From Gemmatimonadales bacterium (lineage in GTDB: Bacteria; Gemmatimonadota; Gemmatimonadetes; Gemmatimonadales; GWC2-71-9): 39,983 bases of DNA. Under the pieces are notes generated by a model. That model was not told the origin of the DNA and did not search any database. It saw only the letters and a program-made list of their open reading frames with translations. Location of the stretch: the NCBI GenBank assembly GCA_039794085.1, contig JBDIWC010000037.1, positions 1 to 39,983 on the forward strand, written 5' to 3'. Position 1 is the first letter of the stretch, and each line of letters begins with the position of its first letter. Below, in pieces: positions 1 through 8,105 of this stretch. The position numbers and the translations under genes are program-made.

Positions 1-127
1 TCCGCAGTCGCGGTTTCCGCAACAAGGAACGCTTCAAGACGGCCATCTATTTCCATCTGGGTGGCCTGAATCTCTATCCGGCTGGTGTCAAGTGAGGCCG
101 GTTACCCACTCAATCGGGTGAAGACCC
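1..127 (+). mobile_element. Right end of an ISL3-family insertion sequence
   Basis: Transposase C-terminus ends at 95, followed by a terminus ...GGGTGAAGACCC (GGGTCTTC on the other strand, typical ISL3 IR start) ending at 127. The interrupted KilA-N-type frame resumes at once. Confidence 0.8.
3..95 (+). CDS. ISL3 transposase, C-terminal end (5' part outside window)
   Basis: Frame 3 reads RSRGFRNKERFKTAIYFHLGGLNLYPAGVK*, matching the RGFRN...F..AIYFHLGGL.LYP tail of ISL3 transposases. Not in the ORF track. Confidence 0.85.
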   Translation, partial: RSRGFRNKERFKTAIYFHLGGLNLYPAGVK

Positions 128-569
128 ACTCTTTCTGATCAAGGAGTTCCAACGGCTGAAGGAGGATGAAAACAGCCGACTTTCGCTTGCCTGGAACCTG
201 AACCGCACGCTCTCCAAGCTCAACTACCGCATCCATACCGATGCCATCCAAGCCCACTTGATCCCCCCGGAGGTGACCCCGGCCCGGGCGGCCATGACCT
301 ACGCCAGCGAGGCCGATGTCCTGAACGTCGCCCTGTTCGGGCACACAGCCGCTGAATGGCGTCGCGATCATTCGGGCAAGAAGGGCAATGTCCGCGACCA
401 CGCCACGGTCGAACAGCTTCTCGTGCTGGCCAACATCGAGGGCATGAACGCCGAGCTCATCCACATGGGCCTTGCTCAGGGCGAGCGCCTCAAACGCCTG
501 AACGAAATCGCCATCCGTCAGATGCGGGTATTGACCACCGCGTCTGCCGTAAAGCAGTTGAAGGGATAA
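128..569 (+). pseudogene. 3' half of a KilA-N-domain DNA-binding protein gene, interrupted by ISL3
   Basis: Frame runs LFLIKEFQRLKEDENSRLSLAWNLNRTLSKLNYRIHTDAIQAHLIPPE...YASEADVLNVALFG..., the conserved C-terminal part of RM-associated KilA-N proteins. It has no start of its own. Confidence 0.8.
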
Positions 570-570
570 C

Positions 571-1140
571 GTGCTCGACACTGACACCAAACGCCGCATC
601 GACACCGCCCGCGACATCCTCGTCGGCAAGGTGCCCGACCGCAAGAGCCAGGTCGAGCAGATCACCATCGCGCTGATCTACAAGTTCATGGACGACATGG
701 ACGCCGACAGCGAGGAGCTGGGCGGCAGTCGCAAGTTCTTCGCCAACGGCTACGCCCGCTACGGCTGGGCCAAGCTGATGCGCTCGGGGCTGGGCGGCCA
801 CGAGACGCTCAACCTCTACGCCGAGGCGATCGCCAAGATGCCGGAGAACCCCGGCATCCCGCCGCTCTTCCGCGACATCTTCAAGAACGCCTATCTGCCG
901 TACCGAGACCCGGAGACCCTGCGCGCCTTCCTCAAGATCATCGACGAATTCGAGTACGACCACTCCGAGCGGCTCGGCGACGCCTTCGAGTACCTGCTCT
1001 CGGTGCTCGGCTCGCAGGGCGACGCCGGGCAGTTCCGCACCCCGCGCCACATCATCGACTTCATCGTCGCGGTGGTGGACCCCAAGAAGACCGAGACCGT
1101 GCTCGACCCGGCCTGCGGCACCGCCGGGTCCTGATCTCTC
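571..1140 (+). pseudogene. hsdM: Type I RM methyltransferase subunit, truncated N-terminal fragment
   Basis: MLDTDTKRRIDTARDILVGKVP, ERLGDAFEYLL, GDAGQFRTPRHII and DPACGTAG motifs. The frame breaks inside motif I (GGGTCCTGATCTCT, one T short of G-F-L-I-S) and homology is lost by about 1140. Confidence 0.88.
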
Positions 1141-1186
1141 CGGCGGAGATCGGTCCCTTCGTCTTGATTGATCGGTGAGGCTGCCT

Positions 1187-1260
1187 ATGCACCCGACGCC
1201 CCTTCACGCGGCCGCTGATGCACGTTGCGCGGGGGTGCGGGTGATGGCGAGCCGTTGGGC
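1187..1260 (+). other. Partial attC site (R'' box missing)
   Basis: Imperfect stem GCACCCGACGCCCC / GGGGTGCGGGTG followed by R' GTTGGGC (1254-1260). GTTGGGCTGC is 9/10 complementary to GCAGCCGAAC at the end of the BrnTA cassette. Confidence 0.65.
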
Positions 1261-1321
1261 TGCCTGATCAGGACAGGCTGAAGGCGTCTGGGAGTGCCGG
1301 GATTTCCGCAGCTCGGGTGCC

Positions 1322-1350
1322 TTGACGAACGTATATGACCCCAATATACT
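1322..1350 (+). promoter_or_regulatory. Sigma70-type promoter of brnTA, probably leaderless, with overlapping inverted repeat
   Basis: TTGACG-17 bp-TATACT with ATG at 1357. A GTATA...TATAC inverted repeat overlaps the -10 (candidate autorepression operator). Confidence 0.7.
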
Positions 1351-1356
1351 GAATCC

Positions 1357-1665
1357 ATGGTCAGCCTTGCGGCGCTCCTTGCAGATGTGGAGGGTTTCGA
1401 GTGGGACGCCGGGAATACGGCAAAGAACGTTCTCGGTCACGGGGTGTCCCGATCAGAGGCTGAAGAAGTGTTCTTTGTTGCTCCGATCGTCTTGCTCGAG
1501 GACGAAAGGCATTCGACCGTGGAACGGCGCTATCTGATTTTCGGCCCGACCGGTGCGGGGCGCCTGCTCACGGCCGCCTTCACGCTCCGCGAGCGCAGGA
1601 TTCGCATAGTCTCAGTCCGCGACATGAGTCGCCAGGAGCGTCGCCGTTATGCCCAAGCCCACTAA
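1357..1665 (+). CDS. brnT: BrnT-family toxin (RNase)
   Basis: GFEWDAGNTAKN..GHGVSRSEAEEVFF, HSTVERRY, RIRIVSVRDMSRQERRRY motifs; overlaps the antitoxin gene. Confidence 0.9.
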   Translation: MVSLAALLADVEGFEWDAGNTAKNVLGHGVSRSEAEEVFFVAPIVLLEDERHSTVERRYLIFGPTGAGRLLTAAFTLRERRIRIVSVRDMSRQERRRYAQAH

Positions 1666-2014
1666 GCAGCTCAAGCCCATTCCGGAGTTCCGCTCGCACG
1701 AAGAGGCGGGAGAGTTCTGGATGACGCATGATACGACGGAGTACTTGGACTGGAGCAAGGCGCGTCGTGTCCAGTTTCCGAAGCTCCGGCCATCCACAAC
1801 GACCATCTCGCTCCGCCTGCCTCAGGGGATGTTGGACCAGCTGCGCACCCTGGCCAATCAGCAGGATGTCCCGTACCAGAGTCTCCTCAAGGTGTATCTG
1901 GCGGAGCGCCTTGCAGCGGAGCGGGGACGCCCGGCAACGGAGCAGCCGAACACACGCGCGCAGCCGCCCAAGGGGGCACGGCCACGACGTCGGGCACAGG
2001 CCAAGTCCAAGTAG
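1649..2014 (+). CDS. brnA: BrnA/CopG-like antitoxin
   Basis: IPEFRSHEEAGEFWMTHDTTEYLDW and TISLRLP...DVPYQSLLKVYL (RHH). The C-terminal tail reads into the attC. Confidence 0.88.
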   Translation: MPKPTKQLKPIPEFRSHEEAGEFWMTHDTTEYLDWSKARRVQFPKLRPSTTTISLRLPQGMLDQLRTLANQQDVPYQSLLKVYLAERLAAERGRPATEQPNTRAQPPKGARPRRRAQAKSK

Positions 2015-2052
2015 CTGCAGCGCCTTCGCGGCTGACGCGCAGGTCGTTATAC
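1945..2052 (+). other. attC site (integron cassette recombination site)
   Basis: R'' GCCGAAC (1945-1951), L-box stem GCGCGCAGCCG / CGGCTGACGCGC, R' GTTATAC (2046-2052); 108 bp. Confidence 0.8.
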
Positions 2053-2070
2053 GGCGTCGAAAGAGATTCA

Positions 2071-2250
2071 GTGGGCCACCACTTCGTTCCTCGTTTCTAC
2101 CTTCGGTCCTTCCAGGACCCTTCAAAGCCTGGGCATATCTGGACTCTGGTCCGCGGCCAGGCCCAGCCGCGGCTGCTCCCGATTGACGTCGTGGCGCAGT
2201 CTCCTGCCTTCTACGATCCAACCACAGAGCAGGTACTAACTGAGTTATAT
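2071..2250 (+). pseudogene. Truncated DUF4238-family cassette gene
   Basis: GHHFVPRFYLRSF...VAQSPAFY N-terminal signature. After about 2250 the frame runs into REP-like repeat DNA. Confidence 0.7.
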
Positions 2251-2271
2251 AATGGCGGGGTTAACAAGCCC

Positions 2272-2693
2272 CGTCATTCCCGCGGGACGCGGGAATCCAT
2301 TTGCGGCTCTTCGGGGTTTCCGGTAGGTGGCCCCACTCGGCGTGCTCCACCTGGAATTGGGGTTCTTCTCCAGTTTGAGGTGATCGCTGTTCAGTCGTCA
2401 TCCCGATCTTGATGCGCATGGAACTGCCTCAACGCAAGGGCGCCAGGACGCAGGGGCGCAACGGCGCCTGGGTCTGCCGCGCTTCGGCCATGCCGCCTGC
2501 ACGGAAATCGGGAGAAGAACCGGAATTGGATTTTTCCCCAAGGCTGACGCCAGGGGAGAGGGGGGAGCAGGCGATTTTGTGAAATATTTCACAAGCGCCA
2601 CTCGGGATCTCGTCATTCCCTCGAACGCGGGGATCCATTTTCGGCTCTTCAGGGTTTCCTGTGAGGCGCCCCGCTCGGTGTGCTCCGCTTGGA
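2272..2693. repeat. Two copies (2272-2355, 2611-2693) of an ~84-bp direct repeat beginning with a GTCATTCCC..GGGAATCCA REP-like palindrome
   Basis: CGTCATTCCCGCGGGACGCGGGAATCCATTTGCGGCTCTTCGGGGTTTCC.. vs CGTCATTCCCTCGAACGCGGGGATCCATTTTCGGCTCTTCAGGGTTTCC..; a third REP head lies at about 18696-18723. Confidence 0.8.
2577..2594. promoter_or_regulatory. Rex-operator-like palindrome TTGTGAAATATTTCACAA
   Basis: Perfect 18-bp palindrome matching the Rex consensus TTGTGAA-N4-TTCACAA. Confidence 0.6.
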
Positions 2694-2728
2694 GTGGCAT
2701 TTCCCGGGGCTGACGCTCCCTTCCCCCC

Positions 2729-2842
2729 GCGGGGTTACGGGATTGGGCTGCGGGTGGTAATGTTCTGTGGCTTTCCGCCCCGGCCCGGGGCGAGTAAAGG
2801 CGCTTAGGAGCGTCCTTCCAATATTTTTACAAGTTGGGAAGC
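2729..2842 (+). other. attI-like cassette entry module, copy 1
   Basis: Shares a 45-bp core and GCCCCGGnCCGGGGCGAGTAnAGG with 3661-3752. Ends TTTACAA-GTTGGGA (2833-2839) with no attC-type hairpin. Confidence 0.5.
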
Positions 2843-2866
2843 AGGCACTAGGTGGGATAGCGGGGC

Positions 2867-2895
2867 TTGACAATACACTTAACTTGTCTTAGCTT
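2867..2895 (+). promoter_or_regulatory. Cassette-internal sigma70 promoter
   Basis: TTGACA-17 bp-TAGCTT with an overlapping GACAA..TTGTC inverted repeat, upstream of GAGG-N6-ATG (2927). Confidence 0.55.
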
Positions 2896-2926
2896 ACCTC
2901 ATCTTCCGGCCACGGTGAGGACCACA

Positions 2927-3580
2927 ATGCTCGATTCAATCGAACAAAGGCTCAAGCAGCGGAAGGCGCAGCTGCACAAAGAGATGGCCGCTGCGGCAAC
3001 CTCCGGCGACTCGCCCACGCTTCTTAGACTAGGGGATGAGCTCCGGGGCGTGGAATCAGTAGCCACGAAGTTCCGATCGTTGGTCGACGAGGCCGAGGCG
3101 GTTATCAGCGGGCCGGCCAGTCATGGCAAGCCGGACACTCCGCCCGACGTGGATGTTGGAACACGCAGTCGCCGAGTACACGGTCGTGGGCAAGGTGTGG
3201 AGATACGGACGGCGTTTCTCCAAGACGCCGCCAGCCGGGGGATTCAATTGACCCCCCACCGGGGTTCGATATTCACGACCGTCACGGGCCGCAAGGTGGG
3301 ACTCGCCGTCGCAACAGAGCGCCAACGGGATCGCTGGTTCCTCGGTTTGCCAGCGAATAGTGTCGATTCCGCGGTTCTCCTCTGCCAGACCAACGGTGGG
3401 AAGCGGCTGGACGTCTGCTTGCCGGGTCGCTTCTTTCAACGGTACGGAGCGCAGCTCAGCAATTCTGGTGGCCAATGGAAATTCAACGTTCATCGTCGTG
3501 CAGGTCGCATCGTTCTCAATATCCCGGGGCATTCATCGTTCGACGCGACCGACTTGGTTGGCGAGGTTTCGGAACTCTGA
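2927..3580 (+). CDS. Hypothetical cassette protein (217 aa; N-terminal coiled coil plus globular C-terminal domain)
   Basis: ORF with RBS and its own promoter, bounded by GTTGGGAAGC (2833) and GCTGCCCAAC (3589-3598), which are 9/10 complementary. Confidence 0.75.
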   Translation: MLDSIEQRLKQRKAQLHKEMAAAATSGDSPTLLRLGDELRGVESVATKFRSLVDEAEAVISGPASHGKPDTPPDVDVGTRSRRVHGRGQGVEIRTAFLQDAASRGIQLTPHRGSIFTTVTGRKVGLAVATERQRDRWFLGLPANSVDSAVLLCQTNGGKRLDVCLPGRFFQRYGAQLSNSGGQWKFNVHRRAGRIVLNIPGHSSFDATDLVGEVSEL

Positions 3581-3607
3581 ACGCCCCAGCTGCCCAACAA
3601 GAGGGCG

Positions 3608-3625
3608 TTGTGAAGTATTTCACAA
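3608..3625. promoter_or_regulatory. Rex-operator-like palindrome TTGTGAAGTATTTCACAA
   Basis: Second match to TTGTGAA-N4-TTCACAA, located just after the R'' box of the preceding cassette. Confidence 0.6.
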
Positions 3626-3660
3626 TGTCCACCCGGGATCCGACGGATGCTCTCTTGCCT

Positions 3661-3880
3661 GCGGGGTTACGGGATTGGGCTGCAGGTGGTAATGTTCTGT
3701 GGCTTCCCGTGTTCAGGCCACCCTGATGGCCCCGGACCGGGGCGAGTAGAGGTCTGTACGGGAGGGAGCCTATGGTATCCTGTTGTGCCGAGGGGCATGC
3801 TTGCGCAGCGTTGGGCTTTTGTACTGCGGAGGGCGGGTCCTCCCCTCGCTGGCTATTTACAAGTTAGATGCCAGCGAGGG
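3661..3880 (+). other. attI-like cassette entry module, copy 2
   Basis: Core GCGGGGTTACGGGATTGGGCTGCrGGTGGTAATGTTCTGTGGCTT shared with 2729. Possible extended -10 TGGTATCCT at about 3773-3781. Ends TTTACAA-GTTAGAT (3863-3869). Confidence 0.55.
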
Positions 3881-3900
3881 ACAGGGATTTCCAATTTGAT

Positions 3901-5421
3901 ATGACGTCTATCAACGATCTCCCTCCTCGCCGAATCCCACCGCGATCCTCAGCGCTCACCGGGTCAGAGTCTCGCCTCGACAAGCTCAGCCGAGAGACGT
4001 TCCTGAGTCTTTGGAGTTATCCCGGTGTTTGTCGGGATCAAGGGAGTGGTAAAGGAGATCGTGGGGCCAAGGAAGTCTGCGACCTTCTGGTCGTGTTCGA
4101 AAAAGACATCCTCATCTTCTCTGATAAGACCTGTGAGTTTCCTGCGACAGGAGATCTCTCGCTAGACTGGAAACGCTGGTATCAACGAGCGATAGTCAAG
4201 TCAGCTAGACAGGCTCGAGGTGCTGAGCGTTGGATCCGAGAACACCCAACCCGCCTGTTTCTCGACCGAAGCTGTAAGCATCCGTTCCCGTATCCCCTGC
4301 CCGACCCCGCTTCCGCACGTTTCCACCGCATTGTCGTGGCTAGCGGGGCATCAGGTCGCTGCCGAGAAGAGCTTGGTGGCAGTGGCAGTTTGATGCTTAG
4401 GCTGGGCTTCGAAGAAATCCCCGGTTTAGACCTCCCATTCTCAGTTGGCCGGCCGGATGGACACCCCGGGCTCATCCATGTGTTCGATGAAGTCACTCTA
4501 GGGGTTGTTCTACGTGCGTTAGACACAGTTTCTGACCTTGTCAACTATCTCGTCGCAAAAGAGCGCCTTGCCTCAACCGTGAGAATGGTAGCGGTTCCCG
4601 GAGAGGAGGATCTGCTCGCCAGATATCTCAAGCACCTCGGCCCTTCGGGGACACACGACTTCGGATTCCCGACCGGGTACGATGGGATCATGATAGAGGA
4701 GGGAGCGTGGGAGGAACTGGCCATGAACCCCCAATGGCTGGCGAAGCTTGAGGCAGATAGGGTTAGCTATGCCTGGGATGCTCTAATCGAGAAGTTCACT
4801 CACTACTACGCTACTGGGGAGTCGAGCTTATCGGCCAACGCGGGCGTTCATGGGTTTGAACAGGGCCTGCGCTTTCTAGCACGTGAATCCAGGGTCAGGC
4901 GCCGGATGTTGGCCGACGCGTTGCTCCAGAACATGCAGAAGGCGCGCGAGGGCACTGAGCGCTCGACGCGCCTTGTGATCCCGACCAGGGCAGGCGATCC
5001 TCACTACGTATTCCTCGCATTTCATCACCCGCCGCACATCCCAGAGGAGCGCTACAGGATTACTCGCCGTGCAATGCTGGATGCACTAGCACGTGCGACG
5101 CGGTTGCGGTGGCCGGAGGCCGTGGATATCGTGGGCATCGGCACGGACCCATTGGAATCGCCCAACATGTCCGAGGACTTGCTCTACCTCGATGGCAGGG
5201 AATGGGATGCTGAGGCCGTGGCCGAGGCAGAAGCTCTACAACGGCACTTCGGGCTGTTTACGGCCCTAAAATTCGGCCAAGCGACTGCAAAGGAATACCC
5301 AGAGCCTCCACGTGGGCGGCGAGAGCCCTACCGCAAGGCTGGGCTTCAATTTGGTCGCAACGACCCTTGCCCTTGCAGGAGCGGCAAGAAGTTCAAGCGC
5401 TGCTGCGGGTCAGGGCGGTGA
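3901..5421 (+). CDS. SEC-C motif protein with an N-terminal nuclease-like (NERD/PD-(D/E)xK-type) motif; cassette gene
   Basis: C-terminal GRNDPCPCRSGKKFKRCCG; N-terminal KEVCDLLVVFEKDILIFSDK. Codon usage is more AT-rich than the core genes. Start is 3868 or 3901. Confidence 0.8.
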   Translation: MTSINDLPPRRIPPRSSALTGSESRLDKLSRETFLSLWSYPGVCRDQGSGKGDRGAKEVCDLLVVFEKDILIFSDKTCEFPATGDLSLDWKRWYQRAIVKSARQARGAERWIREHPTRLFLDRSCKHPFPYPLPDPASARFHRIVVASGASGRCREELGGSGSLMLRLGFEEIPGLDLPFSVGRPDGHPGLIHVFDEVTLGVVLRALDTVSDLVNYLVAKERLASTVRMVAVPGEEDLLARYLKHLGPSGTHDFGFPTGYDGIMIEEGAWEELAMNPQWLAKLEADRVSYAWDALIEKFTHYYATGESSLSANAGVHGFEQGLRFLARESRVRRRMLADALLQNMQKAREGTERSTRLVIPTRAGDPHYVFLAFHHPPHIPEERYRITRRAMLDALARATRLRWPEAVDIVGIGTDPLESPNMSEDLLYLDGREWDAEAVAEAEALQRHFGLFTALKFGQATAKEYPEPPRGRREPYRKAGLQFGRNDPCPCRSGKKFKRCCGSGR

Positions 5422-5422
5422 C

Positions 5423-5534
5423 ATCGAACTGACGCTTGCTGCGGGCGGGGCTGACAGAATCGGTCTCCGGGCCGTAGCTTCCCATCACGCAGGGGCCGTA
5501 CCTAGCCCCGCCGCAGAACCGCGGGTCGTTGGAC
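5423..5534 (+). other. attC site
   Basis: R'' ATCGAAC (5423-5429; CATCGAAC is 7/8 complementary to the cassette start GTTAGATG), stem CTGCGGGCGGGGCT / AGCCCCGCCGCAG, R' GTTGGAC (5528-5534); 112 bp. Confidence 0.82.
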
Positions 5535-5585
5535 ACCAACCGAACTCCCGATGTACCTTTCGGGTACGCTGCCAGGGAGGCCCAA

Positions 5586-5810
5586 GTGACTGAAGCCACG
5601 TTGCCGTTCCACCGCGACCGCGAGATCATGGGCGGCGCCTTGGTTTTTGTCGGAACCCGAGTCCCGGTACAAACCCTGCTTGAATATCTTGAGGCGGGGG
5701 ACCCCTTGGACGAGTTTCTCATGGACTTCCCGAGCGTGCGCCGCGAGCAGGCGGTGGCCACCCTCGACCTGGCGAAAGGCCTCCTGCTGCAACAGGTACC
5801 GGTGGCCTGA
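5586..5810 (+). CDS. DUF433-family antitoxin
   Basis: DREIMGGALVFVGTRVPVQTLLEYLEAGDPLDEFLMDFPSV; GGGAGG RBS before GTG 5586. Confidence 0.88.
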   Translation: MTEATLPFHRDREIMGGALVFVGTRVPVQTLLEYLEAGDPLDEFLMDFPSVRREQAVATLDLAKGLLLQQVPVA

Positions 5811-6134
5811 GTGCGGGTGTTGCTCGATGAGTGTGTCCCCAGGCGGCTGCGTCACGCCCTGCCCGGGCTCGAGGTCTCCACGGTCGCGGACGAGGGTTGG
5901 CTGGGGCGTCGCAACGGCGACCTCCTCCGCTCGATGGCGGAGGTTGGGTTCACGCACCTGGTCACTGTGGATCGCAACCTGATGTTCCAGCAGAATGTCG
6001 CGGCCGCTGGTGTGGCGGTCCTCGTTGTGCGGGCGCGCACCAACCGAATCACCGAGCTCCGGCCACTCATGGCGACGGTCGCCGAGATGCTGCCAACGGT
6101 GGCGCGCGGCCAGGTCGTCCACGTCGGTGTCTGA
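5811..6134 (+). CDS. DUF5615/VapC45-like PIN toxin
   Basis: MRVLLDECVP, GWLGRRNGDLL, LVTVDRNLMFQQN; directly abuts the DUF433 gene. Confidence 0.88.
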   Translation: MRVLLDECVPRRLRHALPGLEVSTVADEGWLGRRNGDLLRSMAEVGFTHLVTVDRNLMFQQNVAAAGVAVLVVRARTNRITELRPLMATVAEMLPTVARGQVVHVGV

Positions 6135-6261
6135 CGGGCGTTTGCATTCGCTACCCCCGCAGCCAAAGGCTCGGAAGACACCTCGATCGGTTCGCCAACC
6201 GGCCTAGCCCGTCAAGCCTCCTCCCATGGCTCGGTGGTTGGCCGAGAGTTGGACGGACGAT

Positions 6262-6330
6262 CACACCAGCACCTCGGTGCCCGGCATGATGGCCAAGCCG
6301 ATCATCGACAGCGACATCGTCATCTCCTCC
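6262..6330 (+). pseudogene. GrpB-family (UPF0157) gene fragment
   Basis: Frame reads HTSTSVPGMMAKPIIDSDIVI, resembling the HIGSTSVPGLxAKPIIDID signature; no intact ORF. Confidence 0.6.
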
Positions 6331-6690
6331 CGGGATCTTCGTTTCGCCGACTGCTTCAGGGCTCGCGAGCACACCACCACAGCCGCCGATCGCCGATGAT
6401 GCGCCTACGGCGAGCATGCTCGCTGCTGATTGGCATCTCGTTAGGCGGCGGCCGCGAGAGGTCAGGAGCGTGGTCCCGATCCACGACGAGCATCCAGACA
6501 AGCGCGGGCGGCCGCCGGGCATCGGGACCGAACGCCGAGCCGGACTGGAGCGGCTATGGCTTGCGAGATGCCTCCAGCCGGGTGATCAGGGCGGAGCCCC
6601 GGTCACCGTTGCGTTCAGCCGCCGGGCAACCTTTCATTCAGCCGACGCCCAAACTTGCATATAGCCGACGCCGGGACTTACGATTAGCCG

Positions 6691-6816
6691 ATGCCCGACG
6701 CGGTCCTCTACCCCCGCTTCGCCGAACGTCGATTGACCGAGGCCCTCGCCGATTCGCCGGCCGTGCTGATTCACGGGCCCCGCCAGAGCGGGAAGACGAC
6801 CCTGGCTCAGATCGTA
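6691..6816 (+). pseudogene. N-terminal fragment of an AAA_14/DUF4143-type ATP-binding protein
   Basis: LYPRFAERRLTEALADSPAVLIHGPRQSGKTTLAQ (Walker A); runs into an attC right arm. Confidence 0.75.
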
Positions 6817-6865
6817 GGCCGGCCGGCGGCCGGTAGATTCTTTGGGGCACGCGCGGGCCTCGGCG

Positions 6866-6896
6866 GGCCCCGCCGCAAAAGCGACGAACGTTAGAC
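6866..6896 (+). other. Right arm of an attC site
   Basis: GCCCCGCCGCAAAAGCGACGAAC-GTTAGAC, similar to the right arm of the 5423-5534 attC; R' at 6890-6896. Confidence 0.7.
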
Positions 6897-6914
6897 GGCG
6901 ACAGGAGACACCGC

Positions 6915-8105
6915 GTGCACCACGCGCCGAACAGTTCTGCGACAGCCACCAGCGTTCCGATAGCGCGGGCCAGGATCACGTTCGACCGGAACGAGCTTGC
7001 GGGGGCTTTCGGAGACATGGGGACGGATGTGCCCCTCCTCATCGGGATGGCGCTCGCCGCCGGTCTTGATGGAACGAGTGTCCTCGTGATGTTCGGCGTC
7101 ATGCAGCTTGTCACGGGGCTCGCCTACCGGATGCCGATGCCGGTCCAGCCCCTCAAGGCGATGGCGGCCATCGTCATCGCGCAACAGGCGTCCGCCGCGA
7201 CGCTCTACGGCGCCGGGCTTGCGATCGGGCTCGTCATGCTGGTTCTGGCATCCACGGGATTGCTCGACTGGCTGGCCCGGGTGGTTCCGAAGTGTGTCGT
7301 GCGGGGCATCCAGTTTGGTCTCGGCCTCCAGTTGGCCTCCGTCGCCTTGGGAAAGTTTGTGCAGGCCGACGGGGCTTCCGGGTACGCGCTCGCGGCGGGC
7401 GCGTTCGTCATTACGATACTGTTGCTGGGCAACCGGCGGTTCCCCGCAGCACTCCCCGTGGTGGTGCTCGGAGCAGTGTATGCGCTGATCTTCAATTGGG
7501 ACGGCGGCCTCGCTCGCAGTTTCGCCTTCCAGCTACCCGCGTTGCACGCTCCACAACCGGCCGACATCCTGACGGGGTTCCTGGTCCTCGCCTTGCCCCA
7601 GATACCGCTCTCCCTCGGCAACTCCGTGCTCGCCACCCGGCAGCTCGCCGAGGACCTCTTCCCGGAGCAGCGGTTCACGATTCGCAAGATCGGGCTGACG
7701 TACGCTCTGATGAACCTGATCAATCCATGGTTTGGTGGCGTGCCGATATGCCACGGCTCGGGTGGAATGGCGGGGCACTTTGCCTTCGGGGGGCGAACGG
7801 GTGGGTCTGTCATCATCTATGGTTCGCTCTTTGTACTACTCGGCCTGTTCTTCGGCTCGGGCTTCGACCACCTGGCGACGACGTTTCCGCTGCCGATGCT
7901 GGGAATCATCCTTCTCTTCGAAGCGCTGGCGCTCATCTGGCTTGTCCGTGAGACATCTCAGTCTCGTAGCGAGTTTCCGGTTGCGGTGCTGGTCGGTCTC
8001 CTCGCCGTCGGGTTGCCCTACGGATACGTGATCGGCCTGGTCGTTGGAACCGCTCTTTTCTACCTTGGCCATCGGACACGCCTCATCAGCCCGGACGCCG
8101 TCTGA
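6915..8105 (+). CDS. Putative molybdate/sulfate transporter (MOT1 family), cassette-like
   Basis: FDRNELAGAFGDMGT, PMPVQPLKAMAA, PICHGSGGMAGHFAFGGRTGGS motifs; many TM segments. Bounded by GTTAGACGGCG / CGCCGTCTGAC. Confidence 0.88.
   Translation: MHHAPNSSATATSVPIARARITFDRNELAGAFGDMGTDVPLLIGMALAAGLDGTSVLVMFGVMQLVTGLAYRMPMPVQPLKAMAAIVIAQQASAATLYGAGLAIGLVMLVLASTGLLDWLARVVPKCVVRGIQFGLGLQLASVALGKFVQADGASGYALAAGAFVITILLLGNRRFPAALPVVVLGAVYALIFNWDGGLARSFAFQLPALHAPQPADILTGFLVLALPQIPLSLGNSVLATRQLAEDLFPEQRFTIRKIGLTYALMNLINPWFGGVPICHGSGGMAGHFAFGGRTGGSVIIYGSLFVLLGLFFGSGFDHLATTFPLPMLGIILLFEALALIWLVRETSQSRSEFPVAVLVGLLAVGLPYGYVIGLVVGTALFYLGHRTRLISPDAV

Noticed and set aside
2577..2594. Palindrome as a dif site or LexA box
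   Set aside because: It does not match the XerC/XerD dif arms or the CTGT-N8-ACAG / GAAC-N4-GTTC consensus; the Rex consensus fits exactly.
2250..2830. Possible integron integrase divergent from the attI-like sites
   Set aside because: The minus-strand ORFs here are short translations of repeat DNA with no tyrosine-recombinase R-H-R-Y motifs.
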